Below are positions 49,421-62,880 of a stretch of 64,000 bases of DNA, piece after piece (positions within the stretch are counted from its first letter, which is position 1; every line of letters begins with the position of its first letter). Made by a program: the position numbers and the translations under genes. The stretch spans positions 11,782,001 to 11,846,000 of the forward strand of contig NW_024704742.1 in the NCBI RefSeq assembly GCF_018977255.1. The letters run 5' to 3'. The notes under the pieces are model-generated. The model searched no databases. It was given only the letters and a program-made list of their open reading frames with translations, and was not told the DNA's origin. This DNA comes from Callorhinchus milii. Its lineage: Eukaryota.

Positions 49421-52400
49421 AGTATACATTAGCCAGGCAACAAGATGGTACCATTTTGATGGCTGAGTGCCACCAAAGCCATTTCAAGATATCATTGAAG
49501 ATCTAGAAAGTTAATATTAATTAAACTTTTTTAATGTAGACCTCTCACTCTCTCTGGCAATGACACACTCCATCCACATCATGCTGTAAAATACATTTAG
49601 CCCTTGTCACATTTGATCTTTTCCATCTCACTGGCCTTTACTGAACTTTAAATAGCTTAATTTACTTCACTCCTGCTAACATTTCTTCTTCAATTTTCTG
49701 CTATTCACAAAAAATCCACTGAACACAAGTTACCTGTTGAGTACAAACTCTTCAAACATGCTTCATCTACACTTTTATATTTTTGCTACATTTAGCGAAA
49801 CAAGGAATTTCAGGCACATGCAATTGAGACATTTATACAGATCCTTATTGTAATGAATGATTAATATCCTGGTTAGGTCACCTGCAAAATATACAGTCAA
49901 TTCACTTTACAGTATATTCTGTGATGCGCTTCGAGGTGTCTCAAAGATATGGTAAAGTGCTTAATCAAATGCAAGGATTATTATTATATCCTTCATGTAG
50001 GATAACATCTCAGAGTACTTTATATTCATTATATCTGACCATGTTGCAAAGGTAATAGCTTAAACTACTGTGAGCATTAGTTGCTCCACTAAACTAACAT
50101 TTGTGTAAGTAATGATCCGCCATTGCATTCAATAGATAGTAATTCATCAGTTCAACAATTGAACGCTATTCTCAATATTTGTTTAAAAGTGAAGGCATGG
50201 CTTTACTTTGATATTAAAAAGGTCTTCTTGACACCGAGGAGCACGATAATAGACACAGATTAGCCTCATGAAACAATTACTTCATGAATTGGGCTTCTGA
50301 AAAACTCCAGTTTATTACAGCTTATAATACTACTAACGTGTGTTCTTTTGAAGCATTTTTCTAAAGGTTCCTTGCATCAGTTAATTGTATGACTTAAAGC
50401 ATTTTAAATAATTAAACATGTGGTCTGTCAAAATACTTATATTTGTACAAGTGGCACCCTGAAAGGAATTTAAATGGCTTAATCAACAAGTTTTTTTAAT
50501 ATGCAACATCATATTATCTCCCCTTGTTGGGCAGAGCAGGCTGTAGTTTCAAAAAAAGGTAGATTTACTGGTGTTTAATAACCCATTGTCACATCTTAAA
50601 ATGTTATTTTAATTGTATTTTGTTATGGGGTCCTGAGGGAAATGGTGGTGTTAGGATAAAATACAATGATAATGTGATTTTAAAGGGCATTGCTGCTGCT
50701 GTTGCAGAAATGAGTTGCTGTTGAGCTGACTGTGTAACTGTACATCCCAGTCCCTGCATTGAAATGCACATGAGGAATACTGTCTGAATACCAACATATC
50801 TCACACTGTCAACTGTTTGTTTCTCTAGCGTTTCACCGTGGATTGAACACCAACAACAACATGAAACACCATTGCAAGATAGAAACAAGTAGAGTCCATA
50901 TCCGACCCATCCATCCCAAAGTCTGACTGCTCCTTGATGAATGGCCACTTCCCTCCAACAAGGCAAAAACAAATCGGAATGTGAATGGATCACTCTGGGA
51001 ATGTTTCTGAGAAGCAAGAGTTTTGACCTGTTAACAACAAAGCAATACAGATCTGAAAATAAAAGGCTGCAAAGTATGAAAGCGCTGTCAGAGAGATAAT
51101 GCTGGAGTTACAGGAGAACACCATCACAGGAGTAATTTGTCTTCTTTCAGAATGTTTCAGTGCTTTTTTNATATAAATTTGCTTCTTAAAGCACTCAAAT
51201 CAATCAGAAAGTTTACAGCACAGAAGTAGGCCATTTGGTCCATCACGTGTGTGCTGGTGCTAGCTACCCCATCAATTCAAATCCAATTCCCCTGTTCTTT
51301 CCCCATCCTGATTAGTGTTGTTACTTCAGCAATTCCTTTTTAAATACTTGATGCTGTTGTTCTGTGTCAATCTGTTGGGTGACAAAACAAAAGTAATCTG
51401 TGGGCTCTGGTTTCTGAGGAAAAAGATTTCAACACAGATAATGTTGTTGAGTCCTAATGGATTTGAATGCTCATGCCTCGCCTTCTCAAAGACTTTAATA
51501 TACAACACTTGTGACCAGTAACCTTTCACCATAGTGATAGTTTTGGTCATTAACTCATTGCTATTAACCAACTTTATCTGGTACATTGCTTGTTAGCTGG
51601 TTAATTTGAATGATTAGTCCTACCTAAGCTTTCTTAAGTGACTCCTAAATACCCAAAGGAGCCAGTTATATCCTGCACAATAGGAAGCAATGAGAAGGCT
51701 GCAAGACAGAAGACTGCAGGACGGCATTATAGACAAAGTAAATCGCTTCAGAGAATGTAACAGAGAAAGGTGAGGCCACAAACAAGCGGACTTGTCGAGA
51801 ATCAGCAGTGCCCTGGTAAGTGAACCCATTCAATGGAATACGTTTAAAAAAAGCTGGAAAATAGAAATTAGGAGGCCTGCTCGTTTCATATAACAACAAC
51901 AACATGCACTTATATAGCGCCCTCTGCGCAGAGTAGCATCTAAGAGCGCTTAACAGTGGCAGAGCCTCACTCTGAGCCTTCGATGGTGGGGCAAAGGGTG
52001 CGAGGGACAAGCAGGAGGTCGGTACAAATCAAGCGGAGGCGCCGGTTGGTGGATTGGGGAGTGAGGAGGTAGGGAGGTGCCAGGGAGTGAATAGCACCTC
52101 CCTACTATGCAGTTAACAGATTGCTGGGACGTTTCTATGCCAACTCTTGCCAAGTTAGCAAACAATATGACAATATTACTGTGGAAATGTATTGTATGAT
52201 GTGTTAGATTTTTTGCACAATGGAGGGTTGCTCCCTGCAGTGTGCTGGATGTGTGTTGGGGCTGTCGCAAAGACTAGGAACCATCTCCTGGTCTTTTGAT
52301 GTAGGCCCTCCAGCTCACGTGACACCATCCAGAGAAAACCCTACAGAGAATTCAGCCATAGGCGTGACGGCTTGCACTGCTTGTCAGCACAATCACTCAT

Positions 52401-53251
52401 GCAGACAACTGAGTTATTGTAGGGCAGAGGTGTGTTGTCATCGTCATCAGATGTGATCTGCTCCTCTGGAATGCTGATGGGCCCCAGAGCGATCCTTTGG
52501 AAGTGATGTGGAGGGCTCATCTGCAGAGGCATGCAAGACAGCGTTTAATGATAGATTTTGGACTATGTATTATGACTATGCATGAACGTCAGACGTTTTT
52601 ACAATACAACTGTTGCAGAAGACAGAGAGCTGGTGAATTAATTAATTTAGTGCAAACTCGGTGAATGATAATTATGCAAGAGATTATACTTGATTTATTG
52701 TACTGAATATTGTCCAAATGCATTTTAGAAAAGTGTATTGGTATTGCTATTGTGACAATCATTTCTAACCAGAACAGATAGCAGGTATAATTTATATTAT
52801 GTATTTGGCTTAGTAGGGGATTCTGATATTTATTGTTGTTGCTTTGCTTGCATAGTCGGGCGATCACTTGCTCAGGTCTTGGAACAAAAATCCTACTAGT
52901 TTAACTGTTCTGTTTAATTGACTTCCTTTTTTTTTTACATTCAGTGTGTCTTTGGGACATCCTCCTGACATGAAAGTAGCTGTACGAATGTATTTTGCTG
53001 TTGTCAAAATATTTTCTAAATTCCTGCCAGAATACACAATGTATTTGAGATGTCTCGAGGACATGATAGGGTTCTATATCAAATATCAAAGCAAGTATTA
53101 TTATTAATATTGGCATAACCTTCTCTGATACTGATCTGGCCGTCTTGGCAGTTCCACAGGTGCTGGTTTACCTCTGCTGCCTTACCTCAAGAGCTCATTG
53201 CTAATGTGTGAGCCTTGGGACTATGTATGTATGATCCAATGTGACTAAATA

Positions 53252-53415
53252 TAATAATAATCCTTGCATTTGATATAGCACCTTATCACATCTTCGAGAT
53301 GTCTCAAAGTGCTTCACAAAATATACTGTAATGTGAATTGACTGTATATTTTGTGGGCGAAACATGGCAGCCAATTGCACACAGCAGTGTCCCACAAATA
53401 GTTGTGGATTGATCA
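53252..53415 (-). mobile_element. SINE 3' part
   Basis: Matches the consensus. Confidence 0.85.
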
Positions 53416-53554
53416 TCAAATGAAGATTACCAGGAAATAGTCAGTCTATCTTCATATTTGTATTATTCATTCTACTGTAATCCGTTACAAGTCTAAAAAT
53501 AAAAATGGTAACGTATGCAAGAGATGTAAGTTTAAAGTTCAATTACACTCATTC

Positions 53555-53830
53555 AACAACACCACCAAATTGCTTTTGACATCGGGAGGAAGTCCCAAGG
53601 CACTTGAGAGTGGAGGGTTTGCACCCAAGCTGGGGGTTGATTTCAGGAGGGGCGAGGGGTGGTATGGGATAACCCAAGGTGAGGTGAAAGAGGAAGGTCT
53701 TGAGATGATCCTTGATGGAGGTGAAGGAAGGGGCCAGGCAAGGGGACTCTCTGGGATGGAGTTCCAGAGAGTCTGACCACTAATGGGGGGAGCTGGGCAG
53801 GCCGGGGTATGTGAACCAAGCCACTGGCTA
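53555..53830 (-). mobile_element. L2 3' fragment, decayed
   Basis: TLWNSIP; L2 tail. Confidence 0.7.
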
Positions 53831-54641
53831 CCAAGCAAAAGGAGGGGGTTGGTAGGACTTAAAAAAACCAAAAAAAAAAACCTGCAGAGGTAGAAATATC
53901 CTTGAAAGGTAAGAAAAAACAATTTGATTTATGAGTAGAACCTGGCCAAGAGTTACTGCCTGGTTAAAAAGGCTTATGTTTTTGGTTGTTTTTGTACTAT
54001 TTATCTTGAACAATTTGTCAGCTGACTCCATCAACAAACTCCACCACTCTCCTAAGGATCCAGACCATTGTTGTGCATCTCCCCTGTGACCACACAGATT
54101 AGGGATGGGTGGGTCGGATGGAGGGAGATTGATATATGATTGGGAGAAATGGTTTGAGAAGTATTGGGAGGGGGGAATGATTGGGGATTAAGGGAGATGA
54201 TATCTTGTGAAGCGCTTTGAGATATCTTCCTGACATGAGATATCAAATGCAAGGATTATTATTATGACTTGGGGAGGAGACCCAGGCTGACATTTATCCT
54301 GTGTTGTTGCTGATTGCGTGTACACTTTTCTTTTTTTTAAAGAGTGAATCTGAAAAAGATTTTAAACTCCCAGTTCTTTAACTCAGTTTCTCTCTTTTCC
54401 AAATCCTACATACATATTAATTGTAAAATGCATTCAGTATATTCCGTGAAGTGCTTTGAGACATCTTGAAGATGTGATAAGGCAGTATATCAAATGCAAG
54501 GTTATTAATATTATTATTATTGACAAAGGTGCCAGAGTTTGGTTTGCTTCCCAGCTGAACCGAAGAACGGCAGTTCAGCTCATGTTTATAAGTTGATGAG
54601 TTTTTTTGTATGTACGGTGACTTTTTGTATGTATGGAGACA

Positions 54642-55598
54642 GGGAGCGGCGCCAGGACAGCACGGGGAGGAGCTGGGCCTACCTCTCAGGTATTTAACAT
54701 TGACGCGGGGAGTGAGTACAGCTAGCGGGCTGTGCAGCGTGTGGGGCTGAGGAGGGAATGGGTGGGGGCAGAGCGGGGGAACCGCTGACGTCATAGTGGT
54801 AGTTTTCAGAAGTGTGCGCGCGCAACGAAAAACAAAACAAAAAAAAATCCTCTGCCCCCCCCAGGGCTCAGAGCCCACCATGGTCCTGTTAGGTTGGCTG
54901 CCCCAGCCCATGGAACAATGTGTCCATCCACCTGACCGCTCGCTCCCGGTCCCCGCGTGCGCAATATGGCTGCCGCTATGACCCGAGCCCCTTACCCCCT
55001 CAATCCCTCCTCTCTGCTCCCAAACCCACCCCCCTCTGCATCTCTCCCGCTCTCTCCTCCTCCTCTCTCTCCGTCCCTCTCGCCTTCTATCCCCACTTGA
55101 CCCTCCCACAACCTCCCTCTGCTCCAGCCTGGGAATCCTCCGCCGGGCTCACCGTGGCACTTGGCGTTGGCTGTCCAGCAGCAGCCACACCAACTGCCCC
55201 ATTCCCCACCACACTCGCCAGCCACCCGGGGAGCCAACCTCTCCTCCCTTACCCCCATTCCCCCCACCCCTGCCTCACAACCTGGAACCACCTCCCCTCC
55301 CACACACCCTTCTGTCAACCGCTCCCTCCACATCGGACTACAAAACGTCTGCTCCCTCTGTAACAAGGCCCTGGTCATCAACTATCTCATCCTTGATGAG
55401 AACGTTGATATCATGGCCTTAACGGAAACCTGGCTCACCCCAGGCGACACCTTCCCCCTCACGGAGGCCACACCACCCGGCTACACCTCCCACCACATCC
55501 CTCGCCCCAACCGCCGTGGTGGTGTTGCCCTTATCTCAAAAACACCACTTGCCCTATCCCCCTACTCCTCTGGCTCTTTCCCCTCTTTTGAGCACCTC
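54642..55598 (+). mobile_element. L2 5' fragment (5' UTR and start of endonuclease), 3'-truncated
   Basis: Colinear with the reverse complement of 60940-61898; IGLQNV..DIMALTETW. Confidence 0.92.
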
Positions 55599-55779
55599 AG
55601 TTCTACATAGAACTACAGTTCTATATCCTTTTGCATTAGGATGATATCATTGATTCTGTGATTAAATGTCAAATGTCACTAAACAAATTACTATAATCTG
55701 TTGTGCTTTTGGCAAATGTGTGCCTTTCGGAAATACCAAGTTAAAGGACTGGGAGTTTAAAACCTTTTTCAGCCAAAGT

Positions 55780-56142
55780 AGCAGCTTAGTGGTTAGAGCA
55801 CTCACCTCGCATCCAAGAGGATTTTGTTCGATTCTAGCAGGGTGAAACGTTGAGCAAGTATCCTTACTCCACACTCCTCTGTTTATCTAGCAGTGAGTAG
55901 GAATCTGGTTGTTAGTCGATTGGTGGATCGCTTTTCCGGGGGTAATAATTCCTTCAAAAGAAATAAAAAGTAATTTGATCCCTCAATCCACGACTGTTTG
56001 TGGGACACTGCTGTGCAGAATTGGTTACAGTGTTTCGCCCACAAAATATACAGTCAATTTACTTTACAGTATATTCTGTGAAGTGCTTTGAAACGTCTTG
56101 AAGACATGATAAGGTGATATCAAATGCAAAGATTATTATTAC
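55780..56142 (+). mobile_element. SINE, long-body form
   Basis: Matches the consensus. Confidence 0.9.
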
Positions 56143-56519
56143 TATGAGTAGCAAAGGAAGAGAGGACCAACAAGGGAGAGATTAGCAGTCATTGCCAAAC
56201 GAAAATATATCTGTTACCAACACTGAAACGTTCCTGTTCAGCCGCCTCTGCTTCCCGTTCATTGGATCTGCTGCAAGCTGTTTTCTCCTACAGACAATGG
56301 CAACTCTAACCCTGGACAAGGCTTCTTGCAAGTTTATATCATCGTTTACACCTGGAGTATTTCAAGTGCATTTTATTTCCTGTCCCAAATGTTAAACAAT
56401 TCAAAATAATGCAGCAATATTCTGCTTATGGTGACATTGCTATATAGCCTACTGCATCTGTGTCTGTGTCTTTTAAGACCAATCCTTTCGTTTACCTGGC
56501 CATTCCCTATATTCTTGTA

Positions 56520-56760
56520 ACTTACTCATTTTTTAGATACTCATCTCGTTCCCTTTTGAAAGTTACTATGGATTCAGCCTCAACCACCACTCCCAGCAGT
56601 ACATTCCATATTCTAACTACTGTGTGTGAAATATTTTCCCTAACCTTCCCATTTGCTTGTTTGCTTATTGTCTTAAGCTGATGTTCCACCAGTGGAAATA
56701 GTTTCTCCCTGTTGACTTTCCCAAAACCTCTCATAATTTTAAGGACATCTATCATATTTG
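56520..56760 (-). mobile_element. CR1 3' fragment, decayed
   Basis: KIMRGFGKVNREKLFPLV..VVRIWN..VVEAESIVTFKRE. Confidence 0.75.
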
Positions 56761-57449
56761 TATTAAAATGATCTTTCAGAGAAATTAAGTATGTTTCATT
56801 GTATATGGAAAACACTAGTTTATGTTGCATGAATGCATCACATGAACCTCCGCCCATCCAAATCCCCTCTCATACTCCTCTATTCTTTTCTCCCTCCTGA
56901 ATGCATTACGTTTCCTTTAAAATGCATTCTGCTTCAACTACTAAACAGCAATGAGCAAGATATTTTGAATTAGCTTTCTATTATTTTATCTACCTCTTGT
57001 TTATGTTCTCATTGAATTCCCTTTTGTTTTAATTTGTCCTTTCTCTCACCTTGCAGTTAATTTTGTTTTTCTTGGTACATGTTGAATATTGACCCGGTGC
57101 CCTCTCGTCCTGATGTCTTGGCATTTCTGAAATCATTTTTTCGATTTATTATTTCACAAGCTCAATAAGGTTCTTGTAAATCTCTATAATTCCTTACAGA
57201 TGTCTTTTTCAGTTTAAAGAGCTGTAGATTTGCCAATATTTAATCCTGCAAATCACCAGTTAAAATATATGGAGTTTTACTTATTTTGCTCTCCAAATTC
57301 AACCCTCCTCTTCTGAAGATTATGACTCTGACCGAGATACAGTTTAATGGGTTCTGGATACCCTCCAGTAACCTACCCTATCGTGATTATTATATATAAA
57401 TATATTTACACACACACCATATATATAGTGATTGTTCCTCATGTATGTC

Positions 57450-57710
57450 AGTAGGCTATTTCATCACTAGACAATCACAACCTATTCCAATTCTATCCAT
57501 ATCCTATAGCCAGCAGCAGAAACTCTAGCTGACTTTCTATTCTTCCCAAGCCCATAGGACAAAAAGACCAATTATATCATTTCTATGCATAACCCCTCCC
57601 TCACCTCCCCCACTGTCCATATGAATTTAATTAACTCAGCACAGATCAGGAATCAAACAAATTCATGGTTTGTGTGGCTCTGTTTCAAACTGAGCAGTGC
57701 CTAACCAACT
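57450..57710 (-). mobile_element. LF-SINE-like relic; a CR1 3' end (minus) follows at about 57712-57960
   Basis: Reverse complement GCACTGC..GAGCCACACAAACC..GATTCCTGATCTGTGCTGAGTTAA; GAGGAGGCCATTCAACCCATCAAGCCTG is CR1 3' UTR-like. Confidence 0.5.
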
Positions 57711-58257
57711 AATAGAGGAACAAGAGGAGGCCATTCAACCCATCAAGCCTGTTCCATCAGTTTATCAGATCTGGTCAGGTTGGAGCATTTATTTCCATTG
57801 CCCTAACATTTCTCCATATACCCTTTAACATCTCTACTGTCCACGTATCTGTTCTTTTCCTGTTTAAACATGTCTATTGATTATGCCCTTGCAGCTATCT
57901 GGGTGGAGAACTTCACATTCCTCTGGGTGAAGAAATGTTTCTTGATTTTAGTGCTAACTGGATTAGTTCTGTTTTTAAGGCTGTACCCAACTATTGGGCC
58001 ACTAACTAGAGCCTCCTAAGGGAATTTCATCCTGAATATTGAGATCTCTGGAATAAATTGTGTTCAGTTTTTTTTGTTAAAACAAAGCCTTTTAAGCCTT
58101 TCCCTTTCACCCCATGTCAATGTTGAGCTGCAGGAGGAAGTCTGCAGTCAATACTGCCCTACCTTTTCCACATCAGTGGAAAGGATACAAGGTTTACATT
58201 GGTCTCAGTGCCTTGCTGATTTCTCTTGACTAACAGAAAATGTGTAATTTTTAGGTA

Positions 58258-61200
58258 CAACAACAACAAGATTGCATCTATAGAGCGCCTTTCACGTCGG
58301 GAGGACATCCCAAGGCGCTGGACAGTTGGGTCAGGACCCGAGCAAGGGGGAAATGGTCAGGGTGAGGGGAGGGAAGGGAGGGAGCGAGGAGGGGCTAGGA
58401 AGTCGAGAGGGGAGCTGAAGGCACGGTCGAAGAGAAAGGTCTTGAGACCGGCCTTGAAGGAGGAAAGGGAGGAGGCAAGGCGAAGGCACTGGGGTATGGA
58501 GTTCCACAGCCTAGGGGGTGATAGGCTGAAGGCCCGGCCACCGATGGTGGGGTGGGGGATGTGGAGCAGACCGGAGCCAGAGGAACGGAGGGTACGGGCA
58601 GGTAGGTAGGGGGATAGTAGGTCGGAGAGGTAGGAGGGAGCAAGGCTGTGAATGGCCTTGTAGGTGACGATGAGGATCTTGAAATCGACCCTCTGGGGGA
58701 TGGGGAGCCAGTGGTGGCGAGCGAGGGTGGGAGTGATGTGGTCGCGGTGTCTGGTGTGGGACAGTACACGAGCTGCAGAGTTCTGAATGATCTGCAGCTT
58801 GTGGAGGGAGGTGGCGGGAAGGCCGGCAAGGAGAGAGTTCCCATAGTCCAGCCTTGAGGTGATAAAGGCGTGAACCAGGGTTTCAGCAGCGTGAGGGGTG
58901 AGGTAGTGCCGTAGTCTGGCGATGTTCTGGAGGTGGTGGAAGGTGGTGCCAGTTGTGGCGCGGATATGAGGGAGAAAGGACAGCTCAGGGTCGAACAGAA
59001 CGCCGAGGTTCCTGACTGGCTTTGAGAGGTGGAGAGTGCAGCCTTGGATGCTGATGCTGTCAGCGCCTGAGGTGCGGAGGCGCTGACGTGAGCCAATCAG
59101 GAGGGCCTCAGTTTTATGCACGTTGAGCTGAAGAAAGTTGTCTCTCGTCCAGGACTCGATGTCGGACAGGCAGGCTGTCAGGACATCGGTGGTCGTGGAG
59201 TTTAGAGTAGAGGAGGAAAGGTAGAGTTGGGTGTCATCCGCATACATGTGAAAGTTAACCCCATGTCTGCGGGTGATGTCACCAAGGGGGAGCATATAGA
59301 GGGTGAAGAGGAGGGGACCGAGGACAGAGCCCTGAGGGACACCGCACGAGACAGTGCGGGGGCCGGAGGAATAACCATTCGTGGAAACAAAGTGAAGACG
59401 GTGGGAGAGATACGACCTAAACCACTCAAGGACAGGGCCTTGAAGGTTTAGGTGGGAGGACAAGCGGTGGAGGAGGATAGCATGGTCGACCGTATCGAAT
59501 GCTGCCGATAGGACGAGGAGGCAGAGGGAGCCCTGGTCACAGATGGTCAGGATGTCATTGGTGACCTTGACCAGGGCAGTTTCTGTGCTATGGGCAGCAC
59601 GGAAACCTGACTGAAGGGGTTCGAATAATGAATGGGTGGAGAGGAAAGAGCGCAGCTGGGAGGCGACAACTTGTTCCAGGACCTTGGACAGGAAGGGGAG
59701 GTTGGAGATGGGCCGGTAGCTTGATAGCTGCGACGCATCAAGGGAGGGTTTTTTCAAGGTGGGAGTGATGGTGGCAGTTTTTAAGGGAATGGGAACAGAG
59801 CCAGAGGAGAGGGACAGGTTGACGATGTCTGTGATATGTGGGGCAAGGAGGTGGAGCTGGGAGATAAGGAGTGGGGATGGGGTCAAGGGAGCAGGTGGTG
59901 GGTTTCAGGGATAGGATGAGTTTGGTGACAGAGGGTGGGGAAACGGGTACGAAAGGGTGTAGGGGAGGATGGGTAGGAGTCGGAGTGTGGGAGGGAGGGG
60001 GTGGGGGGGTGGGTGGATGTTGGAGGGGAAGTGACCGCGGAGCGAATTCCCTTGATTTTGGATTCAAGGAAATCCAGATTCTCCTCGCAGTGAAGGTTGG
60101 AGGAGATGACCTGCGCGGTGTGGCGTGGGGGATGGAGGAGTCGGGATGTGGTAGAAAACAGTAGCCTGGGGTTGTTCTTCGCCTCCAGGATTATCCTGGA
60201 ATAGAAGGACAATTTGGCTGAGGCTAGAGTGGAGCAGTAGATTTTGAGGAGGTCCAGCCAGATTTGTCGGTGGACCGTTAGGCCAGATTTGACGCAGGTG
60301 CGTTCAGCGGCCCGCACCTGGCTCTTCAGTGAGCGGAGGTGGGTGGTGAACCAGGGGGAGGAGTGAGAGTAGGAGACAGTACGGGAGGTGATGGGGGCAA
60401 GAGTATCAAGTGTGGAGGAGAGGGTGTTGTGGAGGAGGGTAAGAGCAGAAGAGGGATCAGTGAGGGTTGAAGGCCAGAGGGAGAGGAGTTCAGAGGACTC
60501 CAAGGCAGCGGTTAGGGATTGTGGGGGTAACTTCTTCCAAGGGCAGTGGAAGATGGTGGTGGGTCTGGTGGAGGTGGGGAGGATGGTGGAGGTGGTGAAG
60601 GAGATGAAGTGGTGGTCAGAGACGGCCTTGTCGGTGATAGTGACATCTGAGACACTGAGGCCCCGGGTGATCACCAAGTCGAGTGGGTGGCCGTGACTGA
60701 ATGGGGGAGTTGATGTGGAGGGAGAGGTTGAGCGAGGAGAGCAGGGAAGAGAAGTCTGAGGAGATGGAGCAGGAGGGGGTGAAGTGTAGGCTAAAGTCGC
60801 CCAGGATGATGAGGCGATCAGAGCAGAGGCAGAGAGATGTAAGAAGTGTCGAAATATCGGAGATACGGTGGGAGAGGTTTTAGGGGGCCGGTAGAGGAGG
60901 AGGATTTTGAGTGAGAGGAAGGAGGGCTGGGAAAGGGTGAGGTGCTCAAAAGAGGGGAAAGAGCCAGAGGAGTAGGGGAATAGGGCAAGTGGTGTTTTTG
61001 AGATAAGGGCAACACCACCGCCACAGCGGTTGGAGCGAGGGATGTGGTGGGAGGTGTAGCCGGGTGGTGTGGCCTCCGTGAGGGGGAAGGTGTCGCCTGG
61101 GGTGAGCCAGGTTTCCGTTAAGGCCATGATGTCAACTCTCTCATCAAGGATGCGATCGTTGATGACCAGGGCCTTGTTACAGTGGGAGCGGATGTTTTGT

Positions 61201-61898
61201 AGTTCGATTTGGAGGGAAAGGTTGACAGACGGGTGTGTGGGAGGGGAGGGGGGTCCAGTTTGTGAGGCGGGTGGGGGGAATGGGGATGAGAGGAGAAAGG
61301 TTGGCTCCCCGGGTCTGTGTCCGGGGTGGCTGGCGAGTGTGGTGGGGAATGGGGCAGTCGGTGTGGCTGTTGCTGGACAGCCTATGCCAAGTGCCACAGT
61401 GAGCCCGGCGGAGGATTCCCAGGCTGGAACAGAGGGAGGTTGTGAGAGGGTCAAGTGGGGATAGAAGATGAGAGGGATGGAGTGAGAGGAGGACAGAGCG
61501 AGAGAGATGCAGAGGGGGGAGGGTTTGAGGGTAGGGAGGAGGGAGGGAGGGGGTGAGGGGGCTCGGGTCATAGCGGCAGCCATAGTGCGCACGCGGGGAC
61601 CGGGAGCGAGCGGTCAAGTGGATGGAAACATTATCCCATAGGCCTGGGTAGCCAACCCAACAGGACCATGGTGGGCCCTGATGTGAGCCCTGGGGCGGGG
61701 GGGGCGCAGAGGTTTTTTTTTTGCATGCGCACACTTCTGAAAACTACAACTATGACGTCAGCGGTTCCCCCGCTCCGCCCCCATCCGTTCCCTCCTCAGC
61801 CCCGCAGCCCCCCTGGCTAGACTCCCTGCCGCCGCGACCTTAAATACCTGGGTAGGTAGGCCCAGGCTCCTCCCCGCGCTGTCCTGCCGCCGCTCCCC
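58258..61898 (-). mobile_element. Near full-length L2-clade LINE (GC-rich 5' UTR, single endonuclease+RT ORF broken by frameshifts, stem-loop and (TTG)n tail)
   Basis: ORF 59883-61592 (LQNIRS, MALTETW, LYRPP, GHPLDLVIT, SDH) and ORF 58357-59886 ([33 protein letters not shown]). The 5' end coincides with that of the copy at 54642. Confidence 0.97.
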
Positions 61899-62379
61899 GT
61901 GTGCTTGGTAATTGTGTTAGCACTCAGCCTTTGCTTTTTAATGCTGTTGAGCTGTTTGTCAATTCTTGTTTTGAAATAAGGTGGAATTGTCAGTTGACTG
62001 ATGGGCTGAAGAATCCAAAAAATAAACCATTGGGGTACAATCAGTTTAAACTGATACGTTGCTGTATTACTGTATGCAGCAATCAATCTTTATATGAAGA
62101 CCCTATTCATCAATAAGATATTTAGTTCAATGATAATGACTTGAAGGTTTATGCCACACCTGTGTTTGATCTAAAATTCTGTATGCCTGAGTCAAAATAT
62201 TAAACTGCTTCAAATATAAGGAGTGCCACAGCTACATCTTTGTAGTTTTATCACGTCATCATTCATTCTGTTTATGTCAATGTTGATAGATGCATATTGG
62301 AAGCCTCAGTGTTATTTTAACAAATTGAAAATGCGGAAAATAAGAGCTGTCAACAAACTTTATATAAAATTAATAAAAT

Positions 62380-62880
62380 ATAATCTTTGCTTTTGATACA
62401 AGACCTTTTCATTCTCTTCAAAGTGCTTCACACAATATACTTGTGTGCAGTGACTATATTTTGTTTAGGTAAACTTGGCGGTTAAGTTGCAAACAGAGGT
62501 ATCCTACAAACAATCATGAAGTGAATCATCAATTTTATGTGTAGGATTACTGGGCAGGACTAGGGAGCAACTCCTTCCTCTTTTCAAATTGTGCCAATGG
62601 GCTCCTTAATGTCCACCTGAACAGGCAAACAGGACCTTGGTTCAACATCTCATCCGAAGAACGATATCTTCCACAATGCTAATTGTGCACAGCAGTATCC
62701 CACAAACAGTCATGGATTGAATGACCAAATACTAATAATTATGATTTTTGAAGGGATTATTACCCTCAAAAAGCGATCTGCCAATCGACTACCAACCAGG
62801 TTCCTACTTACTGCTAAGTAAACAGAGGCATGTGGAGTAAGGAAACTTGCCTAATATTTCGCCCTGCCGGGAATTGAACC
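62380..62880 (-). mobile_element. Older Deu-domain SINE (62380-62682) adjoining a SINE middle/5' part (62683-62880)
   Basis: TCCACCTGAACAGGCAAACAGGACCT is shared with the copy at 15770-16190; young SINE consensus follows. Confidence 0.75.

Noticed and set aside
52220..52540. Possible host exon (SDDDDN-containing ORF)
   Set aside because: No recognisable domain and no convincing splice-site pair.
58357..61592. Active autonomous L2 or domesticated RT gene
   Set aside because: Multiple frameshifts (for example a 5-bp loss at about 59870 relative to the copy at 43350) and off-frame stretches in the endonuclease.
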